Origin: a virus
Direction: 5' to 3' (one strand)
Length of the DNA stretch: 64,000 bases
Virus record (IMG/VR): IMGVR_UViG_3300047323_000673
Location: 1-64,000 of that record
Shown here: in pieces, positions 9,941 through 21,619 of the stretch
How the letters are laid out: each line of letters starts with the position of its first letter
Numbering within the stretch: position 1 is the first letter of the stretch
Made by a program: the position numbers and the translations under genes
The notes under the pieces: model-generated
Database searches by the model: none
Seen by the model: only the letters and a program-made list of their open reading frames with translations
What the model was told of the DNA's origin: nothing

Positions 9941-11686
9941 ATGGCTAAATTATATAAGGTTGCCTCATCAGCGTTGAAAGCTGCTATAAACGGAAATAAT
10001 GTTCACCAGAATCTCTCCGAAGAATTAAAAAATGATAAAGATTTTTTAATAAAATTATTCGATATAACAGAAGATTATCGTGTTGCCAACTTTTTAATGT
10101 ATGTGTCCCCAAAATTACACGATGATAAAAATTTTCTTTTTGCATTAGCTTATAAAAATTATAAGGTATTATCAAATGCGTCTTATCGTATAATTGATGA
10201 TGAAGAATTTGCAATTTTAATGTTAAAGAAAGAGCCCTTATCATTGCCATATTTTTCTAATAGATTAAAAAGAAACCCTAAGATTGGTTTAATGGCTGTA
10301 CAAGGAAATATTCAAAATATTACTGAATTAAAAGATGATTGCTTAAATAATAAAAAAATATTAATGACTGTAGTTAAGCAATGTGGAAAGTATTTGGAAT
10401 ATGCATCAGAAGAGTTAAAAAATAATAAAGATATTGTTTTAAATGCTGTTAATCATAATGGATTTGCTCTAAAGTATGCATCAGAAGAGTTAAAAGCCAA
10501 TAAAGATATTGTTTTAGCCGCAGTTAAAAACAACGGTTTTGCTATACAATTTGCCTCAGAAGAGTTAAAAAATGATAAAGAGATTATTATTGAAGCAGTT
10601 AAAAATAATGGTTGTTGTATAAAGTTTGCTTCTATTGATGTGCAAGATGATGATTTTATTGCAGCTATTGCTATAAAGCAAAATTATGAAGCAATATTCT
10701 ACTGTTCAACAAGAATACAGAATCAAAAAGACAATATTTTACTTATTCTTAAACAAAAAGATTATTCTAAAAAATTTTTAGAAAATTTACCTGATAATAT
10801 GAAAGATGATGAAGATATTATTTATGAATTGGTTATAAATAATATAGATGATTTAAATATTGCATCAAACAGATTAAAGTTAAATAAAAATTTTATATTA
10901 AAATTAATTAAAGTTAATCCTTTTGTTCTAAAAATTATTCCAAAAGAAATGCAAAATGATGAAGATATTGTATTGGCTGCAATAAGTAAGTTCGGTACTT
11001 TGTTAAAATATGCATCAGATAGGTTAAAAAATAATAAATCAATAGTTTTAGAAGCTATAAAAAATCAATCATTTTCATTAGAGTTTGCTTCAGATCATTT
11101 AAAAGATAATGAAGATGTAGTGCTATATGCAATAAAAAAAGCTGGAACTTCTTTGGAATTTGCTTCAGAAAGATTACGAAATAATGATAAAATAATTAAA
11201 GCAGCATTAAAACAAGATACTCATGCTATAAAATTTACTCCAGAGCATATTAGGAATAATAAAAAAATGGCATTAAACTTAATTAAAAAATGGGTTGGAA
11301 GTTATATTTCAATGGAGCCAGAATTAAGAGAAGATGAAGAAATTGTTTTATCAACAATAGAAATTTGGCCTTGGTGTTTAATTGAATCTACTGATAAAGC
11401 TAGAGATAATAGAAAATTAGCTTTAGCTTCGCTGAAAAAAATAAATTTTGATCCACAACTTTTTAGAGTGCTATCTGAAAGATTAAGAGGTGATGAAGAA
11501 CTTGCTTTATTGGCATACAAAGCTAATAATAAAAATTATAAACATTTCCCAGATAATTTAAAAACAGAATTAAGAGGGTTTGATAAAGAAGAAATTATAA
11601 AGTATTTTGAATCAACAATTTTGAAGAAACAATTAGATAATAATTTAAAAATAAATGATGTTAAGATTAAAAAAACTAAAGTTTAA
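9941..11686 (+). CDS. DUF4116-repeat protein (581 aa)
   Basis: ~25-aa repeats L.[YF]ASEELK.[DN]K[DE]IVL.AV..NG; tail ILKKQLDNNL...KKTKV. Confidence 0.85.
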   Translation: MAKLYKVASSALKAAINGNNVHQNLSEELKNDKDFLIKLFDITEDYRVANFLMYVSPKLHDDKNFLFALAYKNYKVLSNASYRIIDDEEFAILMLKKEPLSLPYFSNRLKRNPKIGLMAVQGNIQNITELKDDCLNNKKILMTVVKQCGKYLEYASEELKNNKDIVLNAVNHNGFALKYASEELKANKDIVLAAVKNNGFAIQFASEELKNDKEIIIEAVKNNGCCIKFASIDVQDDDFIAAIAIKQNYEAIFYCSTRIQNQKDNILLILKQKDYSKKFLENLPDNMKDDEDIIYELVINNIDDLNIASNRLKLNKNFILKLIKVNPFVLKIIPKEMQNDEDIVLAAISKFGTLLKYASDRLKNNKSIVLEAIKNQSFSLEFASDHLKDNEDVVLYAIKKAGTSLEFASERLRNNDKIIKAALKQDTHAIKFTPEHIRNNKKMALNLIKKWVGSYISMEPELREDEEIVLSTIEIWPWCLIESTDKARDNRKLALASLKKINFDPQLFRVLSERLRGDEELALLAYKANNKNYKHFPDNLKTELRGFDKEEIIKYFESTILKKQLDNNLKINDVKIKKTKV

Positions 11687-11696
11687 TACAAAAGTT

Positions 11697-12338
11697 TTAT
11701 ATCTTTATTGTTTTTTTGAGTAAATTTTTATTTTCTAATTCTTGAATTAATTCCTTATTTAAATGATAGTTATCAATTAATTTTTTAAGATTATTTTGGT
11801 TTTCTTCTTTTGCCCAATAGGGAACTGGTGCTGAACAATTTTCGAACATATTTATAAAAATAGTCAAATTATAAGGCTTCCAATCTGATATATCACCCGA
11901 AAATTGAGAATCCACAAACATAAGTCCCATATTTCTGACTTTTTTAATATTCCACTTAGATATGTCACCATTAAATTTAGAATTAGAGAACATTCCACTC
12001 ATTTCTTCTACCCTTTCCACATTCCATTGCGATATATCATTATTAAAAATAGAGTTTTGGAACATTGTGGTCATAGTCGCTACTTTAGATGTATTCCATT
12101 GAGAAATATCACCATTAAATTTTGAGCTTTGAAATAGTCCATTCATTTTTCTTACTTTTGAAGTATTCCATTTAGATATGTCACCGTTAAATGAAGAACC
12201 AGTAAATAAATAGGACATATCTGTAATATTAGATACATCAATATGATTTAAATCACAGTTATTACCATTTAACTCAATTTCATCCAATATTAAATCTTTG
12301 AGATGTTCTTTATTTTTAGCTTTTATTGTATTTTTCAT
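11697..12338 (-). CDS. DUF285/BspA-like LRR protein, 4 repeats
   Basis: Caps and repeats; tail LNKELIQEL...KKTIKI. Confidence 0.9.
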   Translation of the reverse strand: MKNTIKAKNKEHLKDLILDEIELNGNNCDLNHIDVSNITDMSYLFTGSSFNGDISKWNTSKVRKMNGLFQSSKFNGDISQWNTSKVATMTTMFQNSIFNNDISQWNVERVEEMSGMFSNSKFNGDISKWNIKKVRNMGLMFVDSQFSGDISDWKPYNLTIFINMFENCSAPVPYWAKEENQNNLKKLIDNYHLNKELIQELENKNLLKKTIKI

Positions 12339-13132
12339 ATTTTTATTTTTTTAATTTCTTTATCATCGTTAACATTTAACAGATTATTTAATTCTTCATA
12401 TCTTGTTTTTGCAATATATTGATTAATAGATAAATTTATTTCTGCTTTACTACTGTGATTCGCCCAATATGGAATAGGGGCTTGGCAATCATTAAAAATG
12501 TTATTTGAATCGTTTAATTTATATGGTTTCCAATTAGATAAATCATTTTTAAATGCAGATTCAGAAAACATATCAAACATACTTTCAACATTAGAAACAT
12601 CCCAATTCGATATATCTCTGTTAAATTGTGCAAAATTAAACATGAAAGCCATATCTTGAACATTAGAAACATCCCAATTTGAGATATCTCCATTAAAATT
12701 AGATTTAGAAAACATTGATGTCATCTTTAATACATTTGACATGTTCCATTGAGAGATATCTCCGTTAAATTTAGATTTTGCAAACATGCTTTTTGTTTCT
12801 CTAAGACTAGAAGTATTCCATGCAGATATATCCCCATTAAATAATGAGTTCATAAACATTCCAGTCATATCTTCTACTTTTGATACATTCCATTTTGAAA
12901 TATCACCATTAAATTTTGAGCCTTTAAACATACAATTCATATTCTCAACATTAGAAACATCCCAAGTAGAGATATCTCCATTAAATTCTGAATGCTCAAA
13001 TAAATAGTACATAAAGCAAACCTGAGATACATCAATGTGATTTAAATCACATTCATTACCATCTAGCTTAATTTTATATTTAATTAATTCTTCTAAATGA
13101 TCTCGATCTTTAGCAACAATTTTTTGTTTCAT
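12335..13132 (-). CDS. DUF285/BspA-like LRR protein, 6 repeats
   Basis: Caps and repeats; tail ...KKIKI. Confidence 0.9.
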   Translation of the reverse strand: MKQKIVAKDRDHLEELIKYKIKLDGNECDLNHIDVSQVCFMYYLFEHSEFNGDISTWDVSNVENMNCMFKGSKFNGDISKWNVSKVEDMTGMFMNSLFNGDISAWNTSSLRETKSMFAKSKFNGDISQWNMSNVLKMTSMFSKSNFNGDISNWDVSNVQDMAFMFNFAQFNRDISNWDVSNVESMFDMFSESAFKNDLSNWKPYKLNDSNNIFNDCQAPIPYWANHSSKAEINLSINQYIAKTRYEELNNLLNVNDDKEIKKIKI

Positions 13133-13857
13133 ATTTTTATTTTTTTCTTTTTATTAAGAGATTTATTATTCAACTCTGAATTTAACTCTTGATGCATTTG
13201 CTTATTAAAATGATAAGTATCAATTGCCATTTTTCTTTCTTCTTTATTTTCATAAGCTGACCAATAAACAGAAGGAGCTTGAGATTCAACAAAAATTTTA
13301 GAAGTAGATCTTAAGTGATAAGGCTTCCAATCAGAAATATCTAATTTAAATTTAGAACGATGAAATAAATAATCCATAGTAACTACATTTTCAACATTCC
13401 ATTTACTAATATCACCATTAAATTTTGAATTATAGAATACATGGTTCATATATTGAATTTTAGAAGTATTCCAATTAGAAATATCACCGTTAAAATTTGA
13501 TTCTTCAAACATATCACTCATAATTACTAAATTAGAAATATTCCATTTTGAGATATCGTTGTTAAATATAGATTTGTTAAACATTTTTCTCATATTGACT
13601 ACATTAGAAACATCCCAATTAGAAATATCACCATTAAATTTTGACCAACTAAACATCCCCTCCATATTAACAACATTAGAAGTATCCCAATCTGAAATAT
13701 TCCCATTAAATTTAGAATATTGGAATAAAAAACACATGTCATCAACTTTAGAGACATCAATATGATTTAAATTAGCTTTTTGTCCCTGATGATTGATTTC
13801 TTTTTTAATTAAATCTTGTAGATGATTTTTACTTTGAGCTACAATTTTTGGTTTCAT
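13129..13857 (-). CDS. DUF285/BspA-like LRR protein, 5 repeats
   Basis: Start moved from 13911 to MKPKIVA (13857) because the promoter lies in the extension; tail ELNSEL...KKKIKI. Confidence 0.9.
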   Translation of the reverse strand: MKPKIVAQSKNHLQDLIKKEINHQGQKANLNHIDVSKVDDMCFLFQYSKFNGNISDWDTSNVVNMEGMFSWSKFNGDISNWDVSNVVNMRKMFNKSIFNNDISKWNISNLVIMSDMFEESNFNGDISNWNTSKIQYMNHVFYNSKFNGDISKWNVENVVTMDYLFHRSKFKLDISDWKPYHLRSTSKIFVESQAPSVYWSAYENKEERKMAIDTYHFNKQMHQELNSELNNKSLNKKKKIKI

Positions 13858-13883
13858 ATTAAATTTATTTCTCTTATAAATAA

Positions 13884-13911
13884 ATTCTATCAAATCAAAA
13901 TTGAAAAACAA
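13884..13911 (-). promoter_or_regulatory. sigma70-type promoter (TTGTTT-N16-TAGAAT, TG extended -10)
   Basis: Conserved motif directly upstream of operon start, abutting a terminator. Confidence 0.6.
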
Positions 13912-13916
13912 TAAAA

Positions 13917-13936
13917 AAAGCCCCCGAAGGGGCTTT
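13917..13936. terminator. bidirectional-type intrinsic terminator hairpin
   Basis: aaagcccccgaaggggcttt flanked by A and T runs. Confidence 0.75.
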
Positions 13937-13954
13937 CTTTATGCATTATTTTAA

Positions 13955-14770
13955 TTAACGCGAGATTGCAATCATGTAATGATAACGATTTGCATCGTTG
14001 AACGAATTAGCATTCGTTTGAATCACGATAGCATATTTGCTAACACCATTGCTGTTGAAGCGGAAGGCATGACCGGCATAGCTACCCTTAGTTTTCGGGT
14101 CAGTAGTATTAATCAATGCACCAGAATATTTTTCTGGATTCAGCAGATTAAACACTTCATTTTTCGGGAAGGTGTAATTTGCAGTTGACAGGAACATTGA
14201 ACCGTCAGCATTAATTGTCACAGTTTGTGGAGCAGCTTGTTTGACAATACCGCAATCAATCAGATCAAATGTTTTACCATTAAGTTCATCAATCAAGCCA
14301 TCTTTCAGGCGAGTCAGTGAACTAGAAACATAAACATAGGTAGCCTGATTATCAGTTTGTGCAGCAGCATTACATCCCATCAGCACATTACCATTCAGAC
14401 GATAAGCACCTGAAGTAAATGGGCCTGTCCAAGTACTAGTTGAGTAACCATCTGAAGTAGAAACAACTTCATTAGCACCTAGAGCAGAAAACTGAATCGA
14501 ACCTTGTTTAGTAGTTGCATTAAAAGTAGCATTTGCAGTTACTGGAGTAGTCGCAAAAGCTGCATCACCCATTGGAGTATTGGTTGCTTGATATTGTGCA
14601 TATTGAATGGTACCAGTTACTTCAGCAGAAGGAGTGGTCGAACCTGTGCCTGGAGTAGTCGGTTGCGAAACTGGATCTGAACCACCACCGCCGCCACCGC
14701 CACAAGCAGCCAGACCTGCGCAAATTGCAGCAACAGAAAAGAATTTGATGAAGTTTTTATTTTTGACCAT
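13955..14770 (-). CDS. lipoprotein, betaproteobacterial type (LAAC-GGGGGG)
   Basis: Signal peptide with lipobox LAAC then Gly/Ser/Thr/Pro linker; visibly higher GC than flanks; no shared tail. Confidence 0.8.
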   Translation of the reverse strand: MVKNKNFIKFFSVAAICAGLAACGGGGGGGSDPVSQPTTPGTGSTTPSAEVTGTIQYAQYQATNTPMGDAAFATTPVTANATFNATTKQGSIQFSALGANEVVSTSDGYSTSTWTGPFTSGAYRLNGNVLMGCNAAAQTDNQATYVYVSSSLTRLKDGLIDELNGKTFDLIDCGIVKQAAPQTVTINADGSMFLSTANYTFPKNEVFNLLNPEKYSGALINTTDPKTKGSYAGHAFRFNSNGVSKYAIVIQTNANSFNDANRYHYMIAISR

Positions 14771-15019
14771 AATGTATCCCCTTTAAATTTAAACCAATAA
14801 AAAAATAACATAAATAAATGTTCAGGTAACTGTAAGTTATTACTTAATATGTCCCGAATCAATAAGTGCTATTATACATTGTTTTTGAAAAAATAGGTTG
14901 TACTTTCGATACATTTTATGGAAAAAAGAAAGATTTTTTCTAGAAATGTGTGTTGGCTCATATTAAACTTTAAATTCAATAAAAATACTTATTAAAAAGA
15001 TAATTAAATCTATCTAAAA

Positions 15020-15787
15020 TTAGATTTTTGGTTTTTTTTTGAACACATCATTATGGATTGGCAACTCTTTTTCTAATTGATATGCATCAATGGCATTCTT
15101 TCTTTCTGATTGTGAAATATCATACCAATAAGGAATAGGAGCATTGCAATCTTCAAACATTTGGGAGTCATTAAATAGACTGTAAGGTGTCCAATTGGAC
15201 AAATCTTGATTAAATGAAGAAAAACGGAACATATGAAGCATATTACCTACATTAGAAATATTCCAATCAGATATATCTCCATTAAATTTAGAATCATAAA
15301 ACATTGAATCCATACTTACCATACTAGAAGTATCCCATTTAGAAATGTCTCCTGTAAATTCACTTTTATAAAACATAAATGCTGAGTTTTTTACATTTGA
15401 AGTATCCCAATTACTAATATCCCCATTAAATACAGAATCATAAAACATTCCGCCCATTAAATTTACATTAGAAGTGTCCCACATAGAAATATCACCATTA
15501 AACTGAGAACATCTAAACATAGAGTGCATATGCACTACTTTAGAGGTATCCCACTTAGAAATATCCCCATTAAATGTTGAATTTTCAAATAGACCAGTCA
15601 AATCAGTAACCTTAGTAATATCGATATGATTTAAATCACAATTTTTACCATTTAATTTCATCTCTAACTTAATGATGGATTTTAAGTGTTCTATATCTTC
15701 AGCAATAATTACCGTTCTTTCTTTTGTCTTACTATTTTTTTTATTACTAAAGGTGTCTTTAATAAAGTTTAATAGAGTATTTTCCAT
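15020..15787 (-). CDS. DUF285/BspA-like LRR protein, 5 repeats, N-terminal extension
   Basis: MENTLLNFIKDTF extension, caps and repeats; tail LEKELP...KKKPKI. Confidence 0.9.
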   Translation of the reverse strand: MENTLLNFIKDTFSNKKNSKTKERTVIIAEDIEHLKSIIKLEMKLNGKNCDLNHIDITKVTDLTGLFENSTFNGDISKWDTSKVVHMHSMFRCSQFNGDISMWDTSNVNLMGGMFYDSVFNGDISNWDTSNVKNSAFMFYKSEFTGDISKWDTSSMVSMDSMFYDSKFNGDISDWNISNVGNMLHMFRFSSFNQDLSNWTPYSLFNDSQMFEDCNAPIPYWYDISQSERKNAIDAYQLEKELPIHNDVFKKKPKI

Positions 15788-15951
15788 AATTTTAATTTTG
15801 ATATTTGTTAGATAAATCTTACCATAATAAAATTATTTAGCAAAAATAAGTATTTGTTGATTTCTATTATTAATTAATTTGGTAACAATGATTGAACTTA
15901 ATAAAGAATTAGTGGATAATAATCAAGTTAAAAATAAAGTGAAAATTCAAT

Positions 15952-16776
15952 ATGACTAATTATAATGAAAAATTTGATGACCTTATCAATACAATTGTGG
16001 AGGCTCCTTATACCATCAAAGAAGTTCCTCCCATTTTACTAGGTGATAAAGAGTTTGTTTCTAGTTTACTCAATGCTTCAGATAATTATAAAATATTCTT
16101 TTTTGTTTATATTTCTGATGAATTGAAAGATGACAAAGAATTTATGTTTGAAATTATAAAAGACACTCCTCAAATGTTGTCTTTTCTTAATTTACAAAAT
16201 GATAAAGATTTTATGCTATCCCTTATGAATAAAAACACGGAATTTGCAAATTATATTCCAGAAAGTTTAAAGAATGATAAAGATATTATGCTTTTGGCTA
16301 TTCAAAGTTCAGGAGATAGACTAAAAGAAGCTCCATATGAAATTAGAAATGATAAAAGAATTTTGCTTAAAATAATTGAAAATTCTCCTTTAATGCTTAA
16401 ATTTGCTTCTGAAGAGTTAAGAGATGATAAAGAAGTAGTTATGAAAGCCGCTAAAGCAGATCATAATACATTAATTTTCGCTTCCAATCGTTTGCGTAAT
16501 GATAAGGCATTTGCTTTGGAGTTGATAGAATTAAATTATAAAGCATTAACTTATCTGTCTCTAGAATTAAGAAGTGATAAAAAGATAGCTTTAATTGCTT
16601 ATAGAAAAAATAAAGATGCTATTAAATTATTCTCTAATAATTTGATAAATGAAATAAAAGAAAATAATTTTAGCAAAGAAAATGTAGAAAAATATCTAGA
16701 GACATATGTTTTAAAGGAAGAACTTACATCAGAAATTCAAACTCATACAATTCAAGATAAAAAATTAAAAATTTAA
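15952..16776 (+). CDS. DUF4116-repeat protein (274 aa)
   Basis: LKFASEELRDDKEVV-type repeats; tail VLKEELTSEI...KKLKI. Confidence 0.85.
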   Translation: MTNYNEKFDDLINTIVEAPYTIKEVPPILLGDKEFVSSLLNASDNYKIFFFVYISDELKDDKEFMFEIIKDTPQMLSFLNLQNDKDFMLSLMNKNTEFANYIPESLKNDKDIMLLAIQSSGDRLKEAPYEIRNDKRILLKIIENSPLMLKFASEELRDDKEVVMKAAKADHNTLIFASNRLRNDKAFALELIELNYKALTYLSLELRSDKKIALIAYRKNKDAIKLFSNNLINEIKENNFSKENVEKYLETYVLKEELTSEIQTHTIQDKKLKI

Positions 16777-16784
16777 CCTAAATT

Positions 16785-16805
16785 AAAAGCCCTATAAAGG
16801 GCTTT
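16785..16805. terminator. intrinsic terminator hairpin between convergent genes
   Basis: aaaagccctataaagggcttt. Confidence 0.7.
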
Positions 16806-16810
16806 ATTTT

Positions 16811-17425
16811 TTATATTTTCATTTTTTTTTGTGTTGCATTATGATTAGTTAATTCCTGAGTTAATTCTTCATTTAGATGATAAGAATTAATTGCTCTATT
16901 TCTTTCTATTGTATCTTTGTAACTTAACCAATATGGTTTATTGTTCCCATATAAATTCATATCTGAGAATTCTAATGAGTATGGTTTCCATTCGGTTAAA
17001 TTTCCTTTATAGCTAGAAAGGTGAAACATTTTTTCCATTGTAAATACTTTAGAAACATCCCATTTAGAAATATCACCTTGAAATTGTGAGTCATAAAACA
17101 TTTCATACATATTTTCAACATTAGAAACATTCCACTTACTTATATCACCATTAAAAGAACTTTCAGCAAACATGCCTTTCATATTTCTTACATTTGAAAC
17201 ATCCCATTCAGATATGTCTCCATTAAAGCTTGAAAAAAAGAATAGATTTTCCATACTAATGACATTAGAAACATCAATATGATTTAAATTGCAATTTTTG
17301 CCATATAACTTATACTCGGTTGCTATCAAACCTCTTAAATGTTCTTTGTTTTCTGCAATAATTTTTGGTCTAGTTTTATTACTCTTGAATATTGAGGATA
17401 AAAACAAAAAAAATTCATTCTTCAT
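16811..17425 (-). CDS. DUF285/BspA-like LRR protein, 3 repeats, N-terminal extension
   Basis: Likely start MKNEFFLFLSSIF (17425); tail LNEELTQEL...KKMKI. Confidence 0.9.
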   Translation of the reverse strand: MKNEFFLFLSSIFKSNKTRPKIIAENKEHLRGLIATEYKLYGKNCNLNHIDVSNVISMENLFFFSSFNGDISEWDVSNVRNMKGMFAESSFNGDISKWNVSNVENMYEMFYDSQFQGDISKWDVSKVFTMEKMFHLSSYKGNLTEWKPYSLEFSDMNLYGNNKPYWLSYKDTIERNRAINSYHLNEELTQELTNHNATQKKMKI

Positions 17426-17493
17426 AATTCTTCCTGTACTTTGGTAATATAATGTTATCAAATTAAATTAAGAAATAAAATTTTTCTTGGAAT

Positions 17494-18219
17494 TTATACT
17501 TTTAATTTTTTTTTGTTTATTTGCTTTTTTAATAAATTTTTATTTAAATCATTCATCAATAAATAATTATTGATAGCACTTATTCGTGATTGCTGATCTT
17601 CAAATTTAGCCCAATAAGGTGGATTGGTATTGCTATTTTTAAAAGCATCTTTTAACTCTTTAAGCTTCCAGGGACGCCAATTAGAAATATCACCATTAAA
17701 TTCTGCTTCATAAAAAATATGTTGCATAGTTTCTACATTTGATACATCCCAACTAGAAATATCACCATTAAAAATAGATGCAGCAAATACAGAACTCATA
17801 TTTTTAATATTAGATGTATCCCAGCTTGAAATATTTCCATTAAATTGAGAATTGAAGAACATAGCTTGCATGTTTTTTACATTACTAATATTCCAACTAG
17901 AAATATCGCCATTAAACTCAGACTCCCAGAACATAGCATACATTGTTTCAGCGTTAGAAAGATCCCATTTGGATATATTTCCATTAAATTTAAACATATT
18001 AGTTGGTTTTTCATTAATCCCACTAACATTATAATGTGAAAATAATTTACTAAAATCTTTAATATTAGAAACATCAATATGATTTAAATCACACTCAAAA
18101 CCATTTTTATCTATTTCTTTTTTAATTAAAGATTTCAAATGACTATTATCAGTAGCAATAATTTTTTTAAATAAAAATATACTACAGAAATCTTGTATGT
18201 TTTGAATTAATTTTTTCAT
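17494..18219 (-). CDS. DUF285/BspA-like LRR protein, 4 repeats, loop insertion after N-cap
   Basis: Insertion HYNVSGINEKPTNMFK before first repeat; tail ...KKLKV. Confidence 0.9.
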   Translation of the reverse strand: MKKLIQNIQDFCSIFLFKKIIATDNSHLKSLIKKEIDKNGFECDLNHIDVSNIKDFSKLFSHYNVSGINEKPTNMFKFNGNISKWDLSNAETMYAMFWESEFNGDISSWNISNVKNMQAMFFNSQFNGNISSWDTSNIKNMSSVFAASIFNGDISSWDVSNVETMQHIFYEAEFNGDISNWRPWKLKELKDAFKNSNTNPPYWAKFEDQQSRISAINNYLLMNDLNKNLLKKQINKKKLKV

Positions 18220-18980
18220 AATTTCATTCTTTTATTGGGTTTATTTTCCTGAGGTTGTAATTCTATATTTAACTCTTTATTTAAATGATATGAATCAATA
18301 ATTTTAGTTCGTATTTGATAATCATCATGATACCAATATGGATTAGTTATTTTTGATTCATAAAATATCATATCCCAATTCCTAACTTCATATGGCTTCC
18401 AATCAGAAATATTGCCACTAAATTGAGACATATAAAATAGTCCAGTCATATTAACAACTTTAGACACATTCCATTTGCTAATATCTCCGTCAAATTTAGA
18501 ATTAGAAAACATTTGTCCTATATTAGTAACATTTGAAGTATCCCATTTAGAAATGTCATTATTAAATTCTGAATACATAAACATTGCACTAATATCTTTA
18601 ACAGTAGATATGTTCCAATTTGAGATATTTCCGTTAAAAATAGAGTTTCCAAACATGCTGCTCATTTTTTCTACTTTAGATGTATTCCATTTACTAATAT
18701 CGCCATTAAAATGACTTTTTTCAAACATAGATGTCATATTACGAACATTGCTAACATCCCAATTAGAAATATCACCATTAAACTCAGATTCATGAAATAA
18801 ATAACTCATATCTGTAATATTTGATACATCAATATGGTTTAAATCACAATTGTTACCTTTTAATTTTATTTCTAGTTGAGTTAAAAGAAATAAATGATCA
18901 GTATTTTTTGCAACAATAGGTTTTTGACCTAGGATTATTCTTTTAATTCCTGATAAAACTAAAAATAATTCATTTTTCAT
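18216..18980 (-). CDS. DUF285/BspA-like LRR protein, 5 repeats, N-terminal extension
   Basis: Likely start MKNELFLVLSGIK; tail LNKELNIEL...KRMKL. Confidence 0.9.
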   Translation of the reverse strand: MKNELFLVLSGIKRIILGQKPIVAKNTDHLFLLTQLEIKLKGNNCDLNHIDVSNITDMSYLFHESEFNGDISNWDVSNVRNMTSMFEKSHFNGDISKWNTSKVEKMSSMFGNSIFNGNISNWNISTVKDISAMFMYSEFNNDISKWDTSNVTNIGQMFSNSKFDGDISKWNVSKVVNMTGLFYMSQFSGNISDWKPYEVRNWDMIFYESKITNPYWYHDDYQIRTKIIDSYHLNKELNIELQPQENKPNKRMKL

Positions 18981-19002
18981 AATTATATTCATCAATATTT
19001 AA

Positions 19003-19581
19003 TTATATTTTTATTTTCTTCTCAACACTGTTATGAATAATTAACTCTTCTTGTAACTCGCTATGCCTACAAGAAGCTATATACTCATTAATTGCTGCAT
19101 TTCTACTTATTTTATCTTTAAATCCTAACCAATAAGGAAAACTTTCATAATGGCCGGGAAATACTGATCGATGATCTTCCAAATTATATGGAGTCCACTT
19201 AGTTAAATCTCCATGAAAATCTGAATTGGCAAATAAATAATCCATAGTTTTAACATTAGAGACATCCCATTTAGATATATTGCCGTTAAATTTAGAACCT
19301 GAAAACATATAATCTAGTTCTTCCGCATTAGAAACATTCCAATTAGAGATATCATTATTAAATTTTGAATGATAGAACATTCCTCCAAAAAGCTTTACAT
19401 TGGAAACATCCCACTTTGAGATATTTCCATTAAAGTCAGAATGATAAAATATATATTGCATATCTGTAATTTGAGAAACATCAATATGATTTAGGTTACA
19501 TTCGTTGCCATTTAAATTTATTTCTTCTTGAATTAATTTTTTTAAATGTTCTTTGTCTTTGGCTAGAACTCTATTTCTCAT
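19003..19581 (-). CDS. DUF285/BspA-like LRR protein, 3 repeats
   Basis: Caps and repeats; tail ELQEEL...KKIKI. Confidence 0.9.
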   Translation of the reverse strand: MRNRVLAKDKEHLKKLIQEEINLNGNECNLNHIDVSQITDMQYIFYHSDFNGNISKWDVSNVKLFGGMFYHSKFNNDISNWNVSNAEELDYMFSGSKFNGNISKWDVSNVKTMDYLFANSDFHGDLTKWTPYNLEDHRSVFPGHYESFPYWLGFKDKISRNAAINEYIASCRHSELQEELIIHNSVEKKIKI

Positions 19582-20369
19582 ATTTTTAATTTCTTTTTAG
19601 TTTCATTATGAATACTTAACTCATGATTTAAATCTTTTATTAAATTATATTGTTCTATTGCTTTATTCCTACTTGATTTTTCTCTATAATTATCTTCAGC
19701 CCAATACGGAATTGGTGTTTCTGAGAAAGAGAAAATGTCTGTTATAGATTCTAATTTATATGGCTTCCAATTAGATAAATTCCCCTTGAATTTTGCATCT
19801 TCAAAAGCCACACTCATATTTTCAACATTAGAAACATCCCAATTGGATATATCACCATCAAATACTGAGTCATAAAATATACCTTGCATATTTTCAATAT
19901 TAGAAACATCCCATTGAGATATATCACCATTAAACTGTGACCATTGAAACATAAATTCCATATTATAAACATTAGAAACATTCCAAGTTGAGATGTCTCT
20001 ATTAAAATTAGAACTCATAAACATACGAGTCATATTTTTTACATTTGAGGTATTCCATTTAGATATATCACTATTGAAGTCAGAATATGCAAACATAGAA
20101 GTCATATCTTCAACATTAGATACATTCCAATTACTAATATCGCCATTAAAATTAGAATACTCAAACATAGAGTTCATATAATAAACATTGGAAACATCCC
20201 ATTTAGAAATATTTCCATTAAATTTAGAGTCTTTAAATAGATTTTCCATGTCACCTATATTACTAACATCAATATAATTTAAATCGCAATGTATTCCTTT
20301 TGATTTAATATTTTTTTCAATCAATTTAATAAGGTGTTCTTTATCCTTAGCGATAATTTTATATGTCAT
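19578..20369 (-). CDS. DUF285/BspA-like LRR protein, 6 repeats
   Basis: Caps and repeats; tail DLNHEL...KKKLKI. Confidence 0.9.
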   Translation of the reverse strand: MTYKIIAKDKEHLIKLIEKNIKSKGIHCDLNYIDVSNIGDMENLFKDSKFNGNISKWDVSNVYYMNSMFEYSNFNGDISNWNVSNVEDMTSMFAYSDFNSDISKWNTSNVKNMTRMFMSSNFNRDISTWNVSNVYNMEFMFQWSQFNGDISQWDVSNIENMQGIFYDSVFDGDISNWDVSNVENMSVAFEDAKFKGNLSNWKPYKLESITDIFSFSETPIPYWAEDNYREKSSRNKAIEQYNLIKDLNHELSIHNETKKKLKI

Positions 20370-20965
20370 AATTTAAGCTTCTTCTTTTGTGTTCTATCGG
20401 GAATAATTAATTCTTGTTCTAGCTCTTTAATTAAATGATATTGATCAATTGCTCTATTTCTTTTTTCGTAAATAACTAATCGATCCTTTTGTGTCCATGA
20501 AAAATATTGTTTATCTGCCCAATATGGAGCAGCATAATCTTTATGAAACATACCATAATTTTCCTCTAATCTATAAGGCTTCCATTCACTTAGACTCTGA
20601 TCAAAATCAGAATTTTGAAACATATATTCCATATCTACTACTTTAGAAACATCCCATTTACTAAGATCTTTATTAAAATATGATTCAGTGAACATTGAAT
20701 TCATATTTTTAACATTAGAAGTATCCCAATCAGATATATCACCATTAAACCTAGCAAAAGCAAACATTGAGCGCATATCTTTCACATTAGATACATTCCA
20801 TTTACTAATATCACCATTAAATTTAGATTCTTTAAATAAATAACTCATATCTGTAATGCTAGAGACATCAATATGGTTTAAATCACATTCATTTCCAAAT
20901 TTTTTTATTTCTTTTGCGATTAATTCTTTTAAATGGTTTTTATCATTAGCTATTATTACTGTCAT
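20366..20965 (-). CDS. DUF285/BspA-like LRR protein, 3 repeats
   Basis: Likely start MTVIIAND (20965); tail ELEQEL...KKKLKL. Confidence 0.9.
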   Translation of the reverse strand: MTVIIANDKNHLKELIAKEIKKFGNECDLNHIDVSSITDMSYLFKESKFNGDISKWNVSNVKDMRSMFAFARFNGDISDWDTSNVKNMNSMFTESYFNKDLSKWDVSKVVDMEYMFQNSDFDQSLSEWKPYRLEENYGMFHKDYAAPYWADKQYFSWTQKDRLVIYEKRNRAIDQYHLIKELEQELIIPDRTQKKKLKL

Positions 20966-21132
20966 AATTATCCAATTTTGATGCTGTTGCATAATAGTTA
21001 TTATAGATAAATATAAAATAATTGCAAAAAATATTCGGTGACAGATTTGCTAATGTATGGTATAAAATAGTCACAAATTTTATTTGTATGGGTTTCTTAT
21101 TTCTAAAATTCATTAATATGAAGGATTTACTC

Positions 21133-21594
21133 ATGGAACGAAAATACAATGCAAAAGGTCACGATGTAACTAATCGTGGTCGCAAAGTTAACTCTGTAAT
21201 TGTTAACCGTCCAGATATTGTTCAAGCAGCTCTAGCCCAACTAAATAGAGAAGCTAAAGAAGAGTTGGTTTTAAGAAATATTAAACCTAAAGATCGAACT
21301 ACTGAGAATGGACTAAAGCCAGGAATCTTTGCAAGATTTAATCTTACTGCTAAAGAAATGAAAGCTCGTTACCCAGATCATTCATTAAATGAAATATATG
21401 TTATCCGTAGAGTACTTTATGCATTTGAAACATCTAACGGCAAGGAAGCAGTTGTTGTACACAATATGCAAGGTGAAGCAATGGGGTATGTTGAGGCTGA
21501 TTGTTTAGATATTTCTGAAGAATTAGAAATGATTCCTTCTCCGATTATTGAAAAGCCGGTTACGAAGCAAGTTAGGAAAAAGATTAAAAAATAA
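21133..21594 (+). CDS. hypothetical protein with basic C-terminus
   Basis: Start at MERKY preceded by AAGGA; ends VRKKIKK; terminator follows. Confidence 0.7.
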   Translation: MERKYNAKGHDVTNRGRKVNSVIVNRPDIVQAALAQLNREAKEELVLRNIKPKDRTTENGLKPGIFARFNLTAKEMKARYPDHSLNEIYVIRRVLYAFETSNGKEAVVVHNMQGEAMGYVEADCLDISEELEMIPSPIIEKPVTKQVRKKIKK

Positions 21595-21596
21595 AT

Positions 21597-21619
21597 AAAA
21601 GCCCCTTATGGGGCTTTTT
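21597..21619. terminator. intrinsic terminator hairpin between convergent genes
   Basis: aaaagccccttatggggcttttt. Confidence 0.75.
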
